Below, in pieces: positions 35,448-44,265 of a stretch of DNA of 64,000 bases. A model generated the notes under the pieces. The model was not told where the DNA came from. It saw only the letters and a program-made list of their open reading frames with translations, and made no database searches. Location: assembly GCA_031416315.1 (NCBI GenBank), contig JANOTL010000109.1, positions 1 to 64,000 on the forward strand, read 5' to 3'. Position 1 is the first letter of the stretch. The number at the start of each line of letters is the position of its first letter. Source of the DNA: Pseudomonadota bacterium (lineage in GTDB: Bacteria > Bdellovibrionota_B > Oligoflexia > Oligoflexales > CAIYRB01). Position numbers and translations under genes: made by a program.

Positions 35448-36737
35448 GTGAAAACTTTGCGCCATCTTCACTTTGCGAGCGCGCTCGCGATCCTCTCCGT
35501 GGGGGCCTGCAGCCTACCCGAGTCGAAAGTCCGTTGTACGCCGCCGGGACCCGCGCTGAGCCAGGGCGCCTTGGCCTTGGAGGGCGCCGTAGGGATCCCG
35601 CTGGTGACGCTCGACGGCAAGGGTCTCGAGCGGGCGCGAACCCGCCAATTCACCTGCCCAAAGAGCTGGGGTGGCGAGGCCAAGCAGCTGAAGTACTCGT
35701 CGAGGCGCTTCCTGACGCTGCCGATTCGGACGGTCGTCGACAAGGGCGCGGTGCCGCCGAGCGGCGACAAACACGACTTCTTCAGCATCGGGCGGTACTT
35801 CTGGCCCAATGCTCAGACGGCCGACGGGCTGCCTTGGGTGCGTCGCGACGGCGACGTCAATCCGACCGGGTTCAGCGAGCTTTACGACAAGCAGGCTTCC
35901 GACGACATGTTTTCGGCCGTTGCCATCTTGGGGCAAGGCTATTTTTTCCACGGCGAAGAAGCGATGGTGGCGCGCGCCGCCGAGTACGTGACGAAGTGGT
36001 TCGTCGATCCCGCGACGCGGATGCATCCGAACTTGAATTTCGCCGAGGGAGTTCCCGGCAAGGCCTTCGGTCGCGCTCAGGGCATCATGGCGTTCTCGAA
36101 GATGGTGGACCTCCTGGACGCCTTGGCGCTGGTGCAGGACTCGCCGTCGTGGACGCCCGAGGTCGCCTCTGGGCTGCGCGCCTGGATCTCCGAGTTTTAT
36201 GTTTGGCTCGGCACGCATCCGAACGCGCTGCGCGAGGGCGAGGCGAGGAACAACCACGGCACCTATTTCGACGCCCAGCAGGCGGCGCTCGCGCTCTATC
36301 TCGGGAAGCAGGACGAGGCGCGCGCCATTGTCGAGGCCGCGAAGGAGCGGCGCATTGCGACGCCGATCGAGCCGACGGGATTGCAGCCTTTCGAGGTCGA
36401 GCGCGCCAACAGCTGGTTCTACTCGACGTTCAACCTGCGGGGTCTGATGGATCTCGCCGCGATCGGCGAGCGGGTCGGCGTCGACCTCTGGCGCTACGAG
36501 ACGGCGGACGGGCGCGGGATCCGAAAGGCGCTCGACCTCCTCGTCGCGGTTGTCCAGGGTACGGAGCCTTGGCCGTACGCAGGCGAGGTCGAGGAGGGGA
36601 GGATCTACGAGCTCCTGCTTCGGGCCTCGAAGGCCTACGGCGAGCCGCGCTACGCGCAGATCGCCGAGGCGCTTCCAGCCGTGGACGAGTCGGAGGAAAG
36701 GTCTCGTCGGATCCTCCGCCTTCTCTGGGCTTACTGA
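35448..36737 (+). CDS. Alginate lyase family lipoprotein
   Basis: Lipobox VGAC; PPSGDKHDF, YFWPN, WFVDPATRMHPNL, NNHGTY motifs. Confidence 0.82.
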   Translation: MKTLRHLHFASALAILSVGACSLPESKVRCTPPGPALSQGALALEGAVGIPLVTLDGKGLERARTRQFTCPKSWGGEAKQLKYSSRRFLTLPIRTVVDKGAVPPSGDKHDFFSIGRYFWPNAQTADGLPWVRRDGDVNPTGFSELYDKQASDDMFSAVAILGQGYFFHGEEAMVARAAEYVTKWFVDPATRMHPNLNFAEGVPGKAFGRAQGIMAFSKMVDLLDALALVQDSPSWTPEVASGLRAWISEFYVWLGTHPNALREGEARNNHGTYFDAQQAALALYLGKQDEARAIVEAAKERRIATPIEPTGLQPFEVERANSWFYSTFNLRGLMDLAAIGERVGVDLWRYETADGRGIRKALDLLVAVVQGTEPWPYAGEVEEGRIYELLLRASKAYGEPRYAQIAEALPAVDESEERSRRILRLLWAY

Positions 36738-36743
36738 TCGGCA

Positions 36744-38207
36744 CTAGCGACAGTCGCTGCCGTTCAAGACGTTCTGGAGCGTGGCGTCGTAGCACAAGTC
36801 GGTACCTGAAGTGCCGCCGGCGGTGCCGCACTTCCATTCGCTCGACGAGACGGGGCCGAAGTAGGGCGCCAAGGGCTTTCCGTCCTTGAAGACGACGCAG
36901 TATGTGCGCGCGGCGTCCCAGGCGCATCGACAGCGGCCTCGCTTGACGGAGCCTGGGGCGGAGCCACCGGAGACGGCGACGCTCGGGGTGCTGACCGGCG
37001 CGCGGCCGTTGTCGCGGACGGCGCGTTTGCAGGCTTGCTCGAAACCGTTGACGTTGTTGTCCTTGTAGTCGTCGAAGAAGACGCGGAGCGGCAGGCGGCT
37101 CTTGCCGCAGGTGCAGTTCATGCCGCCGTCGGCGTGCGCGTCGTCGCTGGCGCGGCCTTCGCCGTTGAGGCAGGCGCGACGGAAGGCGGTCTTGACGTCC
37201 TCGGATTTCATGTCGACCGGCTTCTCGCGCACGAGACGGCGGCATTCGTCGCTGCCTTTGTCGTAGAAAATCGCCTCCGTCCATGAGACGGAGCTGCCGC
37301 AAGTGCAGCTGACGGCGCTCGCGGTGCCCTTTTGCACCATGCCACCGGCGTTGCGGCAGTCGGTCTCGAAGCTCGAGCGCGGTCGGCCGCCGGAGGTCGG
37401 CGCGCGCAAACCTTCGAAGGCTGCGCCCGTGCGGAAGTCGCGGCACTCCTTGCCGCCCCGAAAGGCGACGGTGAGATAGTCCTCGTCACGCTTGAAGCAA
37501 TCTTTCATGACGGTGGCGGCGCAGGACGCGATCTTGCGCTGGCTGTCGAGACGCACGCAGGCGCCTTGTCTCGCATCGAGGAGGTCTCTGTAGTCGTCGT
37601 CGATTTGGAAGTCGTCGCAGGTGCCGAAACGGTAGAAAAAGGCGCCATTTTGCGGTGAATAGGCGCGGCAGCCGGCGCGCGTGCGGCCGGCGTTGCACGA
37701 GGTGATGTCGCGGTCGCCGCGGATGTAGACGCAGATGCCGTTCTCGTCCGCGTCGCCGCGGCGCCGCGTGAGCTCCTTTTCCATCGCGGTGTAACGCTCT
37801 TGGAGGCGGAGAATGTCGGCGCGGAGCGCGTCGAGCTCGCGCTGCTTGCGCTCCGTCTCGGTGTCGGCGGTGAGGCCTAAGCCCTCGGGTGCGGCGTTGT
37901 TGACGGGGACGTTGGTCGCGACCTTCGGCTTTGCGGCCGGCGCATCGCCCTCGACCGGAGCGTTGAGGGCGTCGAGGCGCTGGTCGATACGGCCGAGGTC
38001 GCCTTCGAGCGAGCGCTCTTCGGCCCGCAGCGTGGCGTCGTCGCAGCCCTGGAGGTCTCCGTCCTTTGGAACGGTGAGGTTGTCGTCGGAGCTTTGCGGG
38101 CGGACGTTGCAAAATGCGGACGAGGTCCCGTCGTTCTTCAGCGTCGCGGCAGTGGGACCCTTACACGCCAAGGTGGCAAGACAGAGCGCGGTCAGCGTCG
38201 CTCGCAT
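36744..38207 (-). CDS. Cys-rich secreted lipoprotein with coiled coils
   Basis: GGAGGAA RBS then MRATLTALCLATLAC; many Cys; paired repeats ending CTCG. Confidence 0.7.
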   Translation of the reverse strand: MRATLTALCLATLACKGPTAATLKNDGTSSAFCNVRPQSSDDNLTVPKDGDLQGCDDATLRAEERSLEGDLGRIDQRLDALNAPVEGDAPAAKPKVATNVPVNNAAPEGLGLTADTETERKQRELDALRADILRLQERYTAMEKELTRRRGDADENGICVYIRGDRDITSCNAGRTRAGCRAYSPQNGAFFYRFGTCDDFQIDDDYRDLLDARQGACVRLDSQRKIASCAATVMKDCFKRDEDYLTVAFRGGKECRDFRTGAAFEGLRAPTSGGRPRSSFETDCRNAGGMVQKGTASAVSCTCGSSVSWTEAIFYDKGSDECRRLVREKPVDMKSEDVKTAFRRACLNGEGRASDDAHADGGMNCTCGKSRLPLRVFFDDYKDNNVNGFEQACKRAVRDNGRAPVSTPSVAVSGGSAPGSVKRGRCRCAWDAARTYCVVFKDGKPLAPYFGPVSSSEWKCGTAGGTSGTDLCYDATLQNVLNGSDCR

Positions 38208-38397
38208 CGACGGTTCCTCCTGAAGATCGTTCCGTATTTCGTCTTTTCGGCGCATCGGCTCAAAACTTGAGCCGGACCTATCCGCGGCAAGCGAGAGGTA
38301 TGGCGCCGAATCTAGACGATAAATCGGCGAATCGCGGGTGGCGAGGAGACGGAGGACGCGACGCACCCACGTTGTTGTGGGTCGAGGGCAGGCAAGG

Positions 38398-39585
38398 CTA
38401 CTTGATCTCTATTTTCTGCGGGTCGAGGACGAGGTTGCCGGGACCGTCGGGCGGCGCCCAGCCGGATTTCGCCTCGGTCCGACGGATCTTGTTCCAAGTG
38501 TGGCCGCGACGCGGGAGGATCGTGGCGCCCTCGACGCGGTTGCGCTGGGTGAAGCCGCCGTGGAAATTGACGTCGCAGTCGGAGTCGAGACCGCTGAACA
38601 AGTTGTCGTGGCTTGACCATTGAATGGCGAGGTGACGCAACCCGCGCAGGCGCAGATCGCGGAAGACGCCGTAGTACGTCCGGGCGACGCGGAAGTAGCC
38701 GTTGCCCTCCTTGCCCTTGTTCCAGGCGCCATCAGCGCGGATCTTCTCGACGCGTGGCGACAAGACGCCGTCGAGATGGACGGCGTGGCGGCCGGCGTCC
38801 AGGATCTCCAGATCCTCGAGGCGCGGCGCGAGAGCGCCGTGGACGAAGATACCGTCGACGACGGCTTCGGGCTTGGCGTTCTCGTAGCGCGTCGGGTCGG
38901 GATGCGCGCCGAGATCGTAGTGCAGGGTCATGCCCTTGATCACGACGTCGCGGAGAACGGGTGCAGCCATGATCTCGGCGCGTGCAGGGAAGGCGATGCC
39001 CAAGGGCAGGTCGAGAGTGAGAGCCGGGCCGGCGACGGAGCGCACGTGAGCGAGCGTCTGGCGCACGTACGGATAGCGCTTGCGCCAAGCCTTGGCGCCG
39101 ATGGCGTCGAGGAACGCGGCATCGTTCGGGGCGCGGACGAGGACGACGTCGCCGGCGGCAAAGGGGGCGAGCTTGGTCTTCTCCGGCGCGAGTGTGATGG
39201 TCGTGGCCGTCTCGTCGACGGCGGCGGCGAGATGGCGTTTCGCGACATGCGTCATGGTCGCGAACGTCGGACCCTCGACGCGGAGGATGGCTTCGGGACG
39301 CGCTTCCGTGCCCTTGAATCTGGCGCGAAGGATGGTCTTACCCGGACCTTTGCCAGAGACCGTGAGGCGGTCGACGGCGAGGCGGAGCGGCGCGTCGAGC
39401 TCGTAGGTGCGGGCCTCGAGCTCGATGGTGTCGCCGGGCTTGGCGGCGGCGACAAGAGCGCTGAGGGTGGGGGCGGGCGAGGCTGGCGGCGCCTTCGTGT
39501 CGACCGGCGGCGCGACCGCGGGGGCGGCCGCGAGAAGGAGCGCGCGGCAGATTTTGCCCGGCCGGCAGTCGGCAAATGTGGCCAT
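38398..39585 (-). CDS. Pectin-lyase-like right-handed beta-helix protein
   Basis: AAAKPGDTIELEARTYEL, LTVSGKGPGKTIL, GAWNKGKEGNGY and beta-helix-like repeats. Confidence 0.7.
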   Translation of the reverse strand: MATFADCRPGKICRALLLAAAPAVAPPVDTKAPPASPAPTLSALVAAAKPGDTIELEARTYELDAPLRLAVDRLTVSGKGPGKTILRARFKGTEARPEAILRVEGPTFATMTHVAKRHLAAAVDETATTITLAPEKTKLAPFAAGDVVLVRAPNDAAFLDAIGAKAWRKRYPYVRQTLAHVRSVAGPALTLDLPLGIAFPARAEIMAAPVLRDVVIKGMTLHYDLGAHPDPTRYENAKPEAVVDGIFVHGALAPRLEDLEILDAGRHAVHLDGVLSPRVEKIRADGAWNKGKEGNGYFRVARTYYGVFRDLRLRGLRHLAIQWSSHDNLFSGLDSDCDVNFHGGFTQRNRVEGATILPRRGHTWNKIRRTEAKSGWAPPDGPGNLVLDPQKIEIK

Positions 39586-39640
39586 CACGATGCGCCCTCC
39601 CCGCTGGCACCATATAATGGGGAAAGACAGAGGAGGAAGG

Positions 39641-40240
39641 ATGTTTTTCGCACGCCTCGGGCTCATGACGCTCGTATCGCTGCCGCTCGGCTGCGCGACG
39701 GCGATTCCGGCGCGCGATCTCGCCGAGGCCGTCGCCGGCAACACGTTCACGCGGCAAGGTGAATACCTGCTGAGCGCGAACGACCAGGTGAGCGTGAAGG
39801 TTTACGGCCAAGACAGCTTGAGCGGCCTCTACACGATCTCGCCGTCCGGCGTCTTGACCTTCCCCTTGATCGGCTTCGTGCAGGCGGCGGGGTCGACGTC
39901 GTTGCAGCTGACGGAGCGGCTCGGACGGGCGCTGCAGAGCTACGTGAAGAATCCGATCGTCACCGTCTCGGTCGCGAGCCAGGGGAGCTTGTCCGTGTAT
40001 TTTTCGGGCGAGTTCAATCGTCCCGGGGTCGCGAGCTTGCCGGGACGCACGTCGATGGTGCAAGGCGTCGCGCTCGGGGGCGGGCTTTCGAAGTACGCTT
40101 CGGGGAGGATCGTGCTCATTCGCCAGGGCGCGAACGGCACGACGCAACGTTATGCGAGCACGTACGACCGCCTGCTTTCAGGGCGCGGAGAGCTCGATCG
40201 GCTGACGCTCGAGCGGGGAGACGTCGTCCACGCCGAGTGA
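39641..40240 (+). CDS. Polysaccharide export lipoprotein (Wza/OPX-like, Poly_export + SLBB)
   Basis: AGGAGG RBS; lipobox PLGC; YLLSANDQVSV, GVLTFPLIG, YVKNPIVTV, LERGDVV. Confidence 0.85.
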   Translation: MFFARLGLMTLVSLPLGCATAIPARDLAEAVAGNTFTRQGEYLLSANDQVSVKVYGQDSLSGLYTISPSGVLTFPLIGFVQAAGSTSLQLTERLGRALQSYVKNPIVTVSVASQGSLSVYFSGEFNRPGVASLPGRTSMVQGVALGGGLSKYASGRIVLIRQGANGTTQRYASTYDRLLSGRGELDRLTLERGDVVHAE

Positions 40241-40242
40241 GG

Positions 40243-41316
40243 TTAGTTGGGCGGATCGGGCGCCAGGTCTGGAAAATCGAGCTTCTCGGCCGCAACGATC
40301 TGCCGAAGCCAGGCGAGATTGTGGTCAGAGATGATGCTGACGTATTTCGACCGCTTCACCGCCGCGCCGTCGTCGCCGTCGTCGCCGTCGAGGAGCGAGC
40401 CGCCGGAGGTGGCGCCGGCGAGGTACCAGACGTCTTCCTCGCCCTCGAGTAGGAGCGGGCCGCCTGAGTCGCCGCGTCCGGAGGCCGCGTTCTCGCCGTC
40501 CTCCTTGCCGCCTAAACCGCCGCGAAAGTCGATGACGCCGCCTTTGACCTTATCGACGACGTTGAAGCCGGCGCGCTTCGGACCCGCGCCGGATTCCTTA
40601 TAGCCCCGCGTGTCGAGGGTGCCACCGCAGCGCGTCTGGAGAAAAAGGTCTACGGTCTCGTCCTGGCGCAGGGCGGCGAATTGCGCGCGGAAATCGCGCG
40701 AGTCGCACTCGGCGGGACACGCCGCGTCCGCGTCTTTGCGCACCGGATCCCAAGTGAAGGCGGTGGCGTAGTCGAACTTCACGCCCTGTTGGCGCGTGCC
40801 CAGGAGGAGGTGGCATTTGCCGTCGGGACGCTTGGCCTCGGGAATCGAGCAATAGCGGTCGTACTGTTGGATCACGCTGTGGCCGTAGCCGATGATCATG
40901 AGGCGGTCGCCTTCCTCCGGCTCGCGGTGGGGCAGGCGCGCAAGCTCGGTGCCGACGTAGGTTTTCGGCGGGAAGCGCACGAGAGCCAGGTCGAACTCGG
41001 GCTTCACTTCTTGCTTACAGTTTGTCCCCTGACGCGGCCAGTCGGGCTGGATGAAGAAGTCGGCGCGCTTGGCGCTCGCGCCTTGAAACTCCACCGACTG
41101 CGCACGGTCGACGCAGTGCGCGGCCGTGAGCAGGAGCGAGTCGCTGACGAAGCTGCCGGTGCAGGCACCGCTTCCGTCCATCGTCACGCGGACGACGTAA
41201 GGAAAGCCGGACTCGGCGCGGCCGTTCGTGATCTTGACCGCTGACGCGTCTGGGTGACGCTGCTTGCAACCCGGGGCGGAGGCGAGCGCGAGCGCGAGGG
41301 CCAGGGAAGGCCGCAT
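40243..41316 (-). CDS. Trypsin-like (S1) serine protease lipoprotein
   Basis: CTGS, LLTAAHC, DLAL and GDSGGP catalytic motifs; lipobox APGC. Confidence 0.88.
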   Translation of the reverse strand: MRPSLALALALASAPGCKQRHPDASAVKITNGRAESGFPYVVRVTMDGSGACTGSFVSDSLLLTAAHCVDRAQSVEFQGASAKRADFFIQPDWPRQGTNCKQEVKPEFDLALVRFPPKTYVGTELARLPHREPEEGDRLMIIGYGHSVIQQYDRYCSIPEAKRPDGKCHLLLGTRQQGVKFDYATAFTWDPVRKDADAACPAECDSRDFRAQFAALRQDETVDLFLQTRCGGTLDTRGYKESGAGPKRAGFNVVDKVKGGVIDFRGGLGGKEDGENAASGRGDSGGPLLLEGEEDVWYLAGATSGGSLLDGDDGDDGAAVKRSKYVSIISDHNLAWLRQIVAAEKLDFPDLAPDPPN

Positions 41317-41432
41317 GAGGGCTCCGGTAAGGCAGGGTGGTCTTTGAGCTTTGGGGATTTTTCGGCGCTCGGGCGAAAGAGCTTGAGACGGAGTGCTTCC
41401 CGGCGATATATCTGGGGAAAATGAGGTGATGC

Positions 41433-42047
41433 ATGCGTTACGGAATCCTCGGTGCTTTGGTGACGGCGGCGCTCTCGGCCTGCGCGACGGTGGATCAGCA
41501 GGCTGCGAAGCCCACGGTCGCGACCGGAACCGTCGAGGCGGGCACCTCGGTGAGCCGCAAGGGCGAGAAATTGGCGCTGGCCAAGGGGCATCTCGCGTTG
41601 AACGAGCCGGTTCCCGGCGCCATCTTGCTCGATGCGCAGTTCAAGCCGGTCTCGTTCAAGCCGGACGGCAAAGTGAAGGTCGTGAGCATCGTGCCGTCGA
41701 TCGACACGCGGGTTTGCGAGCTGCAGACGCATGAGCTGGGCGAGAGCAAGGGGCTTGATCCGCGGATCGAGCGCATCACCTTGAGCCGTGACCTTCCGGT
41801 GGCGCAAAAGCGCTTCGCGATGGAGTCGAACCTCGAGAACATCACCTACCTGTCGGATTTCAAAGACGGCAGCTTCGGCAGGGCATCGGGGCTTTTGATC
41901 GAGGAGAACGGCCTCCTCGCTCGCGGCGTCATGGTCGTCGACGGCGAGGGGCGCGTGCGGTATCTGCAGATCGTGCCGGACATCACGACCCTGCCGGACA
42001 TGAAAAAGGCGTTTGCGGCGGCGAATGCGCTGTTGGCGAAGCCCTAG
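41433..42047 (+). CDS. tpx: Thiol peroxidase (Tpx family) with lipoprotein signal
   Basis: VPSIDTRVC, SRDLPVAQKRF, LSDF, GLLARGVMVVD; lipobox LSAC. Confidence 0.82.
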   Translation: MRYGILGALVTAALSACATVDQQAAKPTVATGTVEAGTSVSRKGEKLALAKGHLALNEPVPGAILLDAQFKPVSFKPDGKVKVVSIVPSIDTRVCELQTHELGESKGLDPRIERITLSRDLPVAQKRFAMESNLENITYLSDFKDGSFGRASGLLIEENGLLARGVMVVDGEGRVRYLQIVPDITTLPDMKKAFAAANALLAKP

Positions 42048-42101
42048 ACGGATCGGGCTCTGCTTCGGGCCTTTGCTGCTGCTGACGTAGCGAGGGCTCG
42101 C

Positions 42102-42497
42102 TCAGCGCGCATTGATCTCGTGCGCCTGTTGGTTCAGCGTCCAGAAGTCGTAGATGACGCCGACGAGCAGGAGACCGCCGGTGAGGAGGTAGAGCACGCC
42201 GCTCAGGACTTTTCCCATGTAAAAGCGGTGGATCCCGAAGATGCCGAGGAAGGTGAGGAGGAGATAGGCGACGTTGTAGTCGACCGGGCCGGGCGTGAAG
42301 CGCAGGTCCGCCTTGCGGTCCATGCCGGGAATCAGGAAGGCGTCGACGAGCCAGCCGACACCGCAGAGGCCGAGCGTGAAGAACCAGATCGTTCCCGAGA
42401 CCGGGCGGCCGTAATAAAAGCGGTGCGCGCCCGTGAATCCGAAGATCCACAGCAGGTAGCCGACGTAAACCGAGTGGGTGCCGGAGCGGACGCTCAT
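42102..42497 (-). CDS. TM2-domain membrane protein (two TM2 repeats)
   Basis: GFTGAHRFYYG and GIFGIHRFYMGK. Confidence 0.88.
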   Translation of the reverse strand: MSVRSGTHSVYVGYLLWIFGFTGAHRFYYGRPVSGTIWFFTLGLCGVGWLVDAFLIPGMDRKADLRFTPGPVDYNVAYLLLTFLGIFGIHRFYMGKVLSGVLYLLTGGLLLVGVIYDFWTLNQQAHEINAR

Positions 42498-42633
42498 TGC
42501 GGGGACTCCTATCTGCCCGATCTTAATCCGGATTGCGCGGCAATTGCGCGGGCTTTCTTCGGCTTTCCGTCTCGGATTTAAGGTCTTGGTGATTTTCGGC
42601 CGACCAAGGGCACAAGGCTTTTGGAGGTCTTCG

Positions 42634-44265
42634 ATGCGCGTTTCACGGGTGTTAATCGGCGTTTGTCTCGCGCTCGGCGGCTTCTCGGGCTGCGGTCCCC
42701 AGACCGACTACAAGGAAAAGTCGGCCACGGTGAAGGCGACGAGCAAGATCACCGCGACGGGCGGCAAGCTCCTATCCAACAACGGATCCGAGGTGGTCGT
42801 GCCCGCGGGGGCGCTCGCGGTCGGCGCCGAGCTGAGCTTCGGCGAGACGACGCCGCCGGCCGAATTCGCCAAGATTACGGCCGCGGCGGCCTCGCTGCCG
42901 GTCGAAGTCGGCGCGATCGGCGCGGACGGCCAACCGGTGCTCCAGGCGCAGCAGGCGCTGACGGTCAGCATCTCCCTCGACGGCACGTCCTTGGCGCTAC
43001 TCGCCGACAAGACCGAAGCCAATCTTTGCGTCGTGATGCGCGCGCGCAACGCGTCGCTTTTCGTCTGGCGCAAAGCGGAGCTCGCGCACGACGCGGCGCA
43101 GCGCAAGGTCTCCGTCTCGACGCTATACCTCGGCATCTTCCAGGTCTTTTACTGCGGCCAGGACGCGATGCCCGGCTTCGTGGACTCGAAGGAGCAGAGC
43201 GCGGCGGCACAGGTTTCCGGCGGCACCTCGGCTTCGGTTGAAATGACGGTTCCTGGCGCTTGGGCGCCGACGCGAAACGTCGCCAAGCACTGTCTCTCGA
43301 TCGTAGACAACGTCGCGACCGCGGACGGCGACGAACTGAGCGTGCTCGGCATCGCCGAAGCCGAGGCGACGGGCGCCGCAGCCGTGCTGCTCGCCAAAGG
43401 CTTGAAACCGCGTCCAGGCGCCAAAGAAGTCTTCGCCTTGCTCCATCTGCAAGCGGCCGGCGTTCCCTGTGCGCTCGGGCTCGGCGCCAAGCTCGGCGAG
43501 TTCGAGGAATTCGTCGGCGCCGTCGGCACCTTCGCCTGGCAGCTCGACATGGGCGTCCTTGCCGCGGGCGGAACGATCTCCGGCACGATCGGCAGCGCCG
43601 GTCCCTTCCCGACCGCGACGATCGACATCGGCGTGGGCGCGCCGGGATTCGAGGGCGAGGCCGCGTTGCAGAACGTCACCGAGCCGATTGTCTGCGTCGA
43701 CCTCGACGTCGAAGGCGGCGCCAAAACGATGCTGCCCGTGAACCTCTCTTTCGCCAGCGGCGTCGGCCGCGTCGGCCCCGAGGCGCTCTACCGTCCGACC
43801 GTGGCAGTTCCGGCGAGCGGCCTCGTCCTCGCGCACACGCTGACCTTGCGCGTCGGCGCCAACTGCCAGCGCTTCGAGATCGGCGCTCAGAACGCGACCA
43901 CCGGCAAGCCTTACGAGACGCGCTTCCGCGGCGCCGCGTTGCTGCCGTCGTATCACTTCGCGCCGGTCGCGATGCGGATCGTCAGCTCGAACCCGCTCGT
44001 CGCCTCCATGAACGGCTGCATCAATGTCTCGCCGTCCGGCGCGACCGACGATCAATCTTGGGGCGAGATCTCGGTCGCGCTCGCCGGCGGCGCGTACCCC
44101 ATCCTGCTGCCTTTTTCGCCGGCGAATACGAGCTACGATCTCCGGGTCGACGTCCTAGCGCAGGGTAAGACCTGTCGCGACGGCAGCGCCGGCAAGTCCG
44201 CGTTTCCGAGCGTGCCGGTCGCGAACCGGCCGCTCACCGCGGAAATCCTCGTCGAGCTCAAGTAA
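42634..44265 (+). CDS. Hypothetical lipoprotein with ZU5-like N-terminal domain
   Basis: Lipobox FSGC; GGKLL...VVVPAGAL motif. Confidence 0.6.
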   Translation: MRVSRVLIGVCLALGGFSGCGPQTDYKEKSATVKATSKITATGGKLLSNNGSEVVVPAGALAVGAELSFGETTPPAEFAKITAAAASLPVEVGAIGADGQPVLQAQQALTVSISLDGTSLALLADKTEANLCVVMRARNASLFVWRKAELAHDAAQRKVSVSTLYLGIFQVFYCGQDAMPGFVDSKEQSAAAQVSGGTSASVEMTVPGAWAPTRNVAKHCLSIVDNVATADGDELSVLGIAEAEATGAAAVLLAKGLKPRPGAKEVFALLHLQAAGVPCALGLGAKLGEFEEFVGAVGTFAWQLDMGVLAAGGTISGTIGSAGPFPTATIDIGVGAPGFEGEAALQNVTEPIVCVDLDVEGGAKTMLPVNLSFASGVGRVGPEALYRPTVAVPASGLVLAHTLTLRVGANCQRFEIGAQNATTGKPYETRFRGAALLPSYHFAPVAMRIVSSNPLVASMNGCINVSPSGATDDQSWGEISVALAGGAYPILLPFSPANTSYDLRVDVLAQGKTCRDGSAGKSAFPSVPVANRPLTAEILVELK

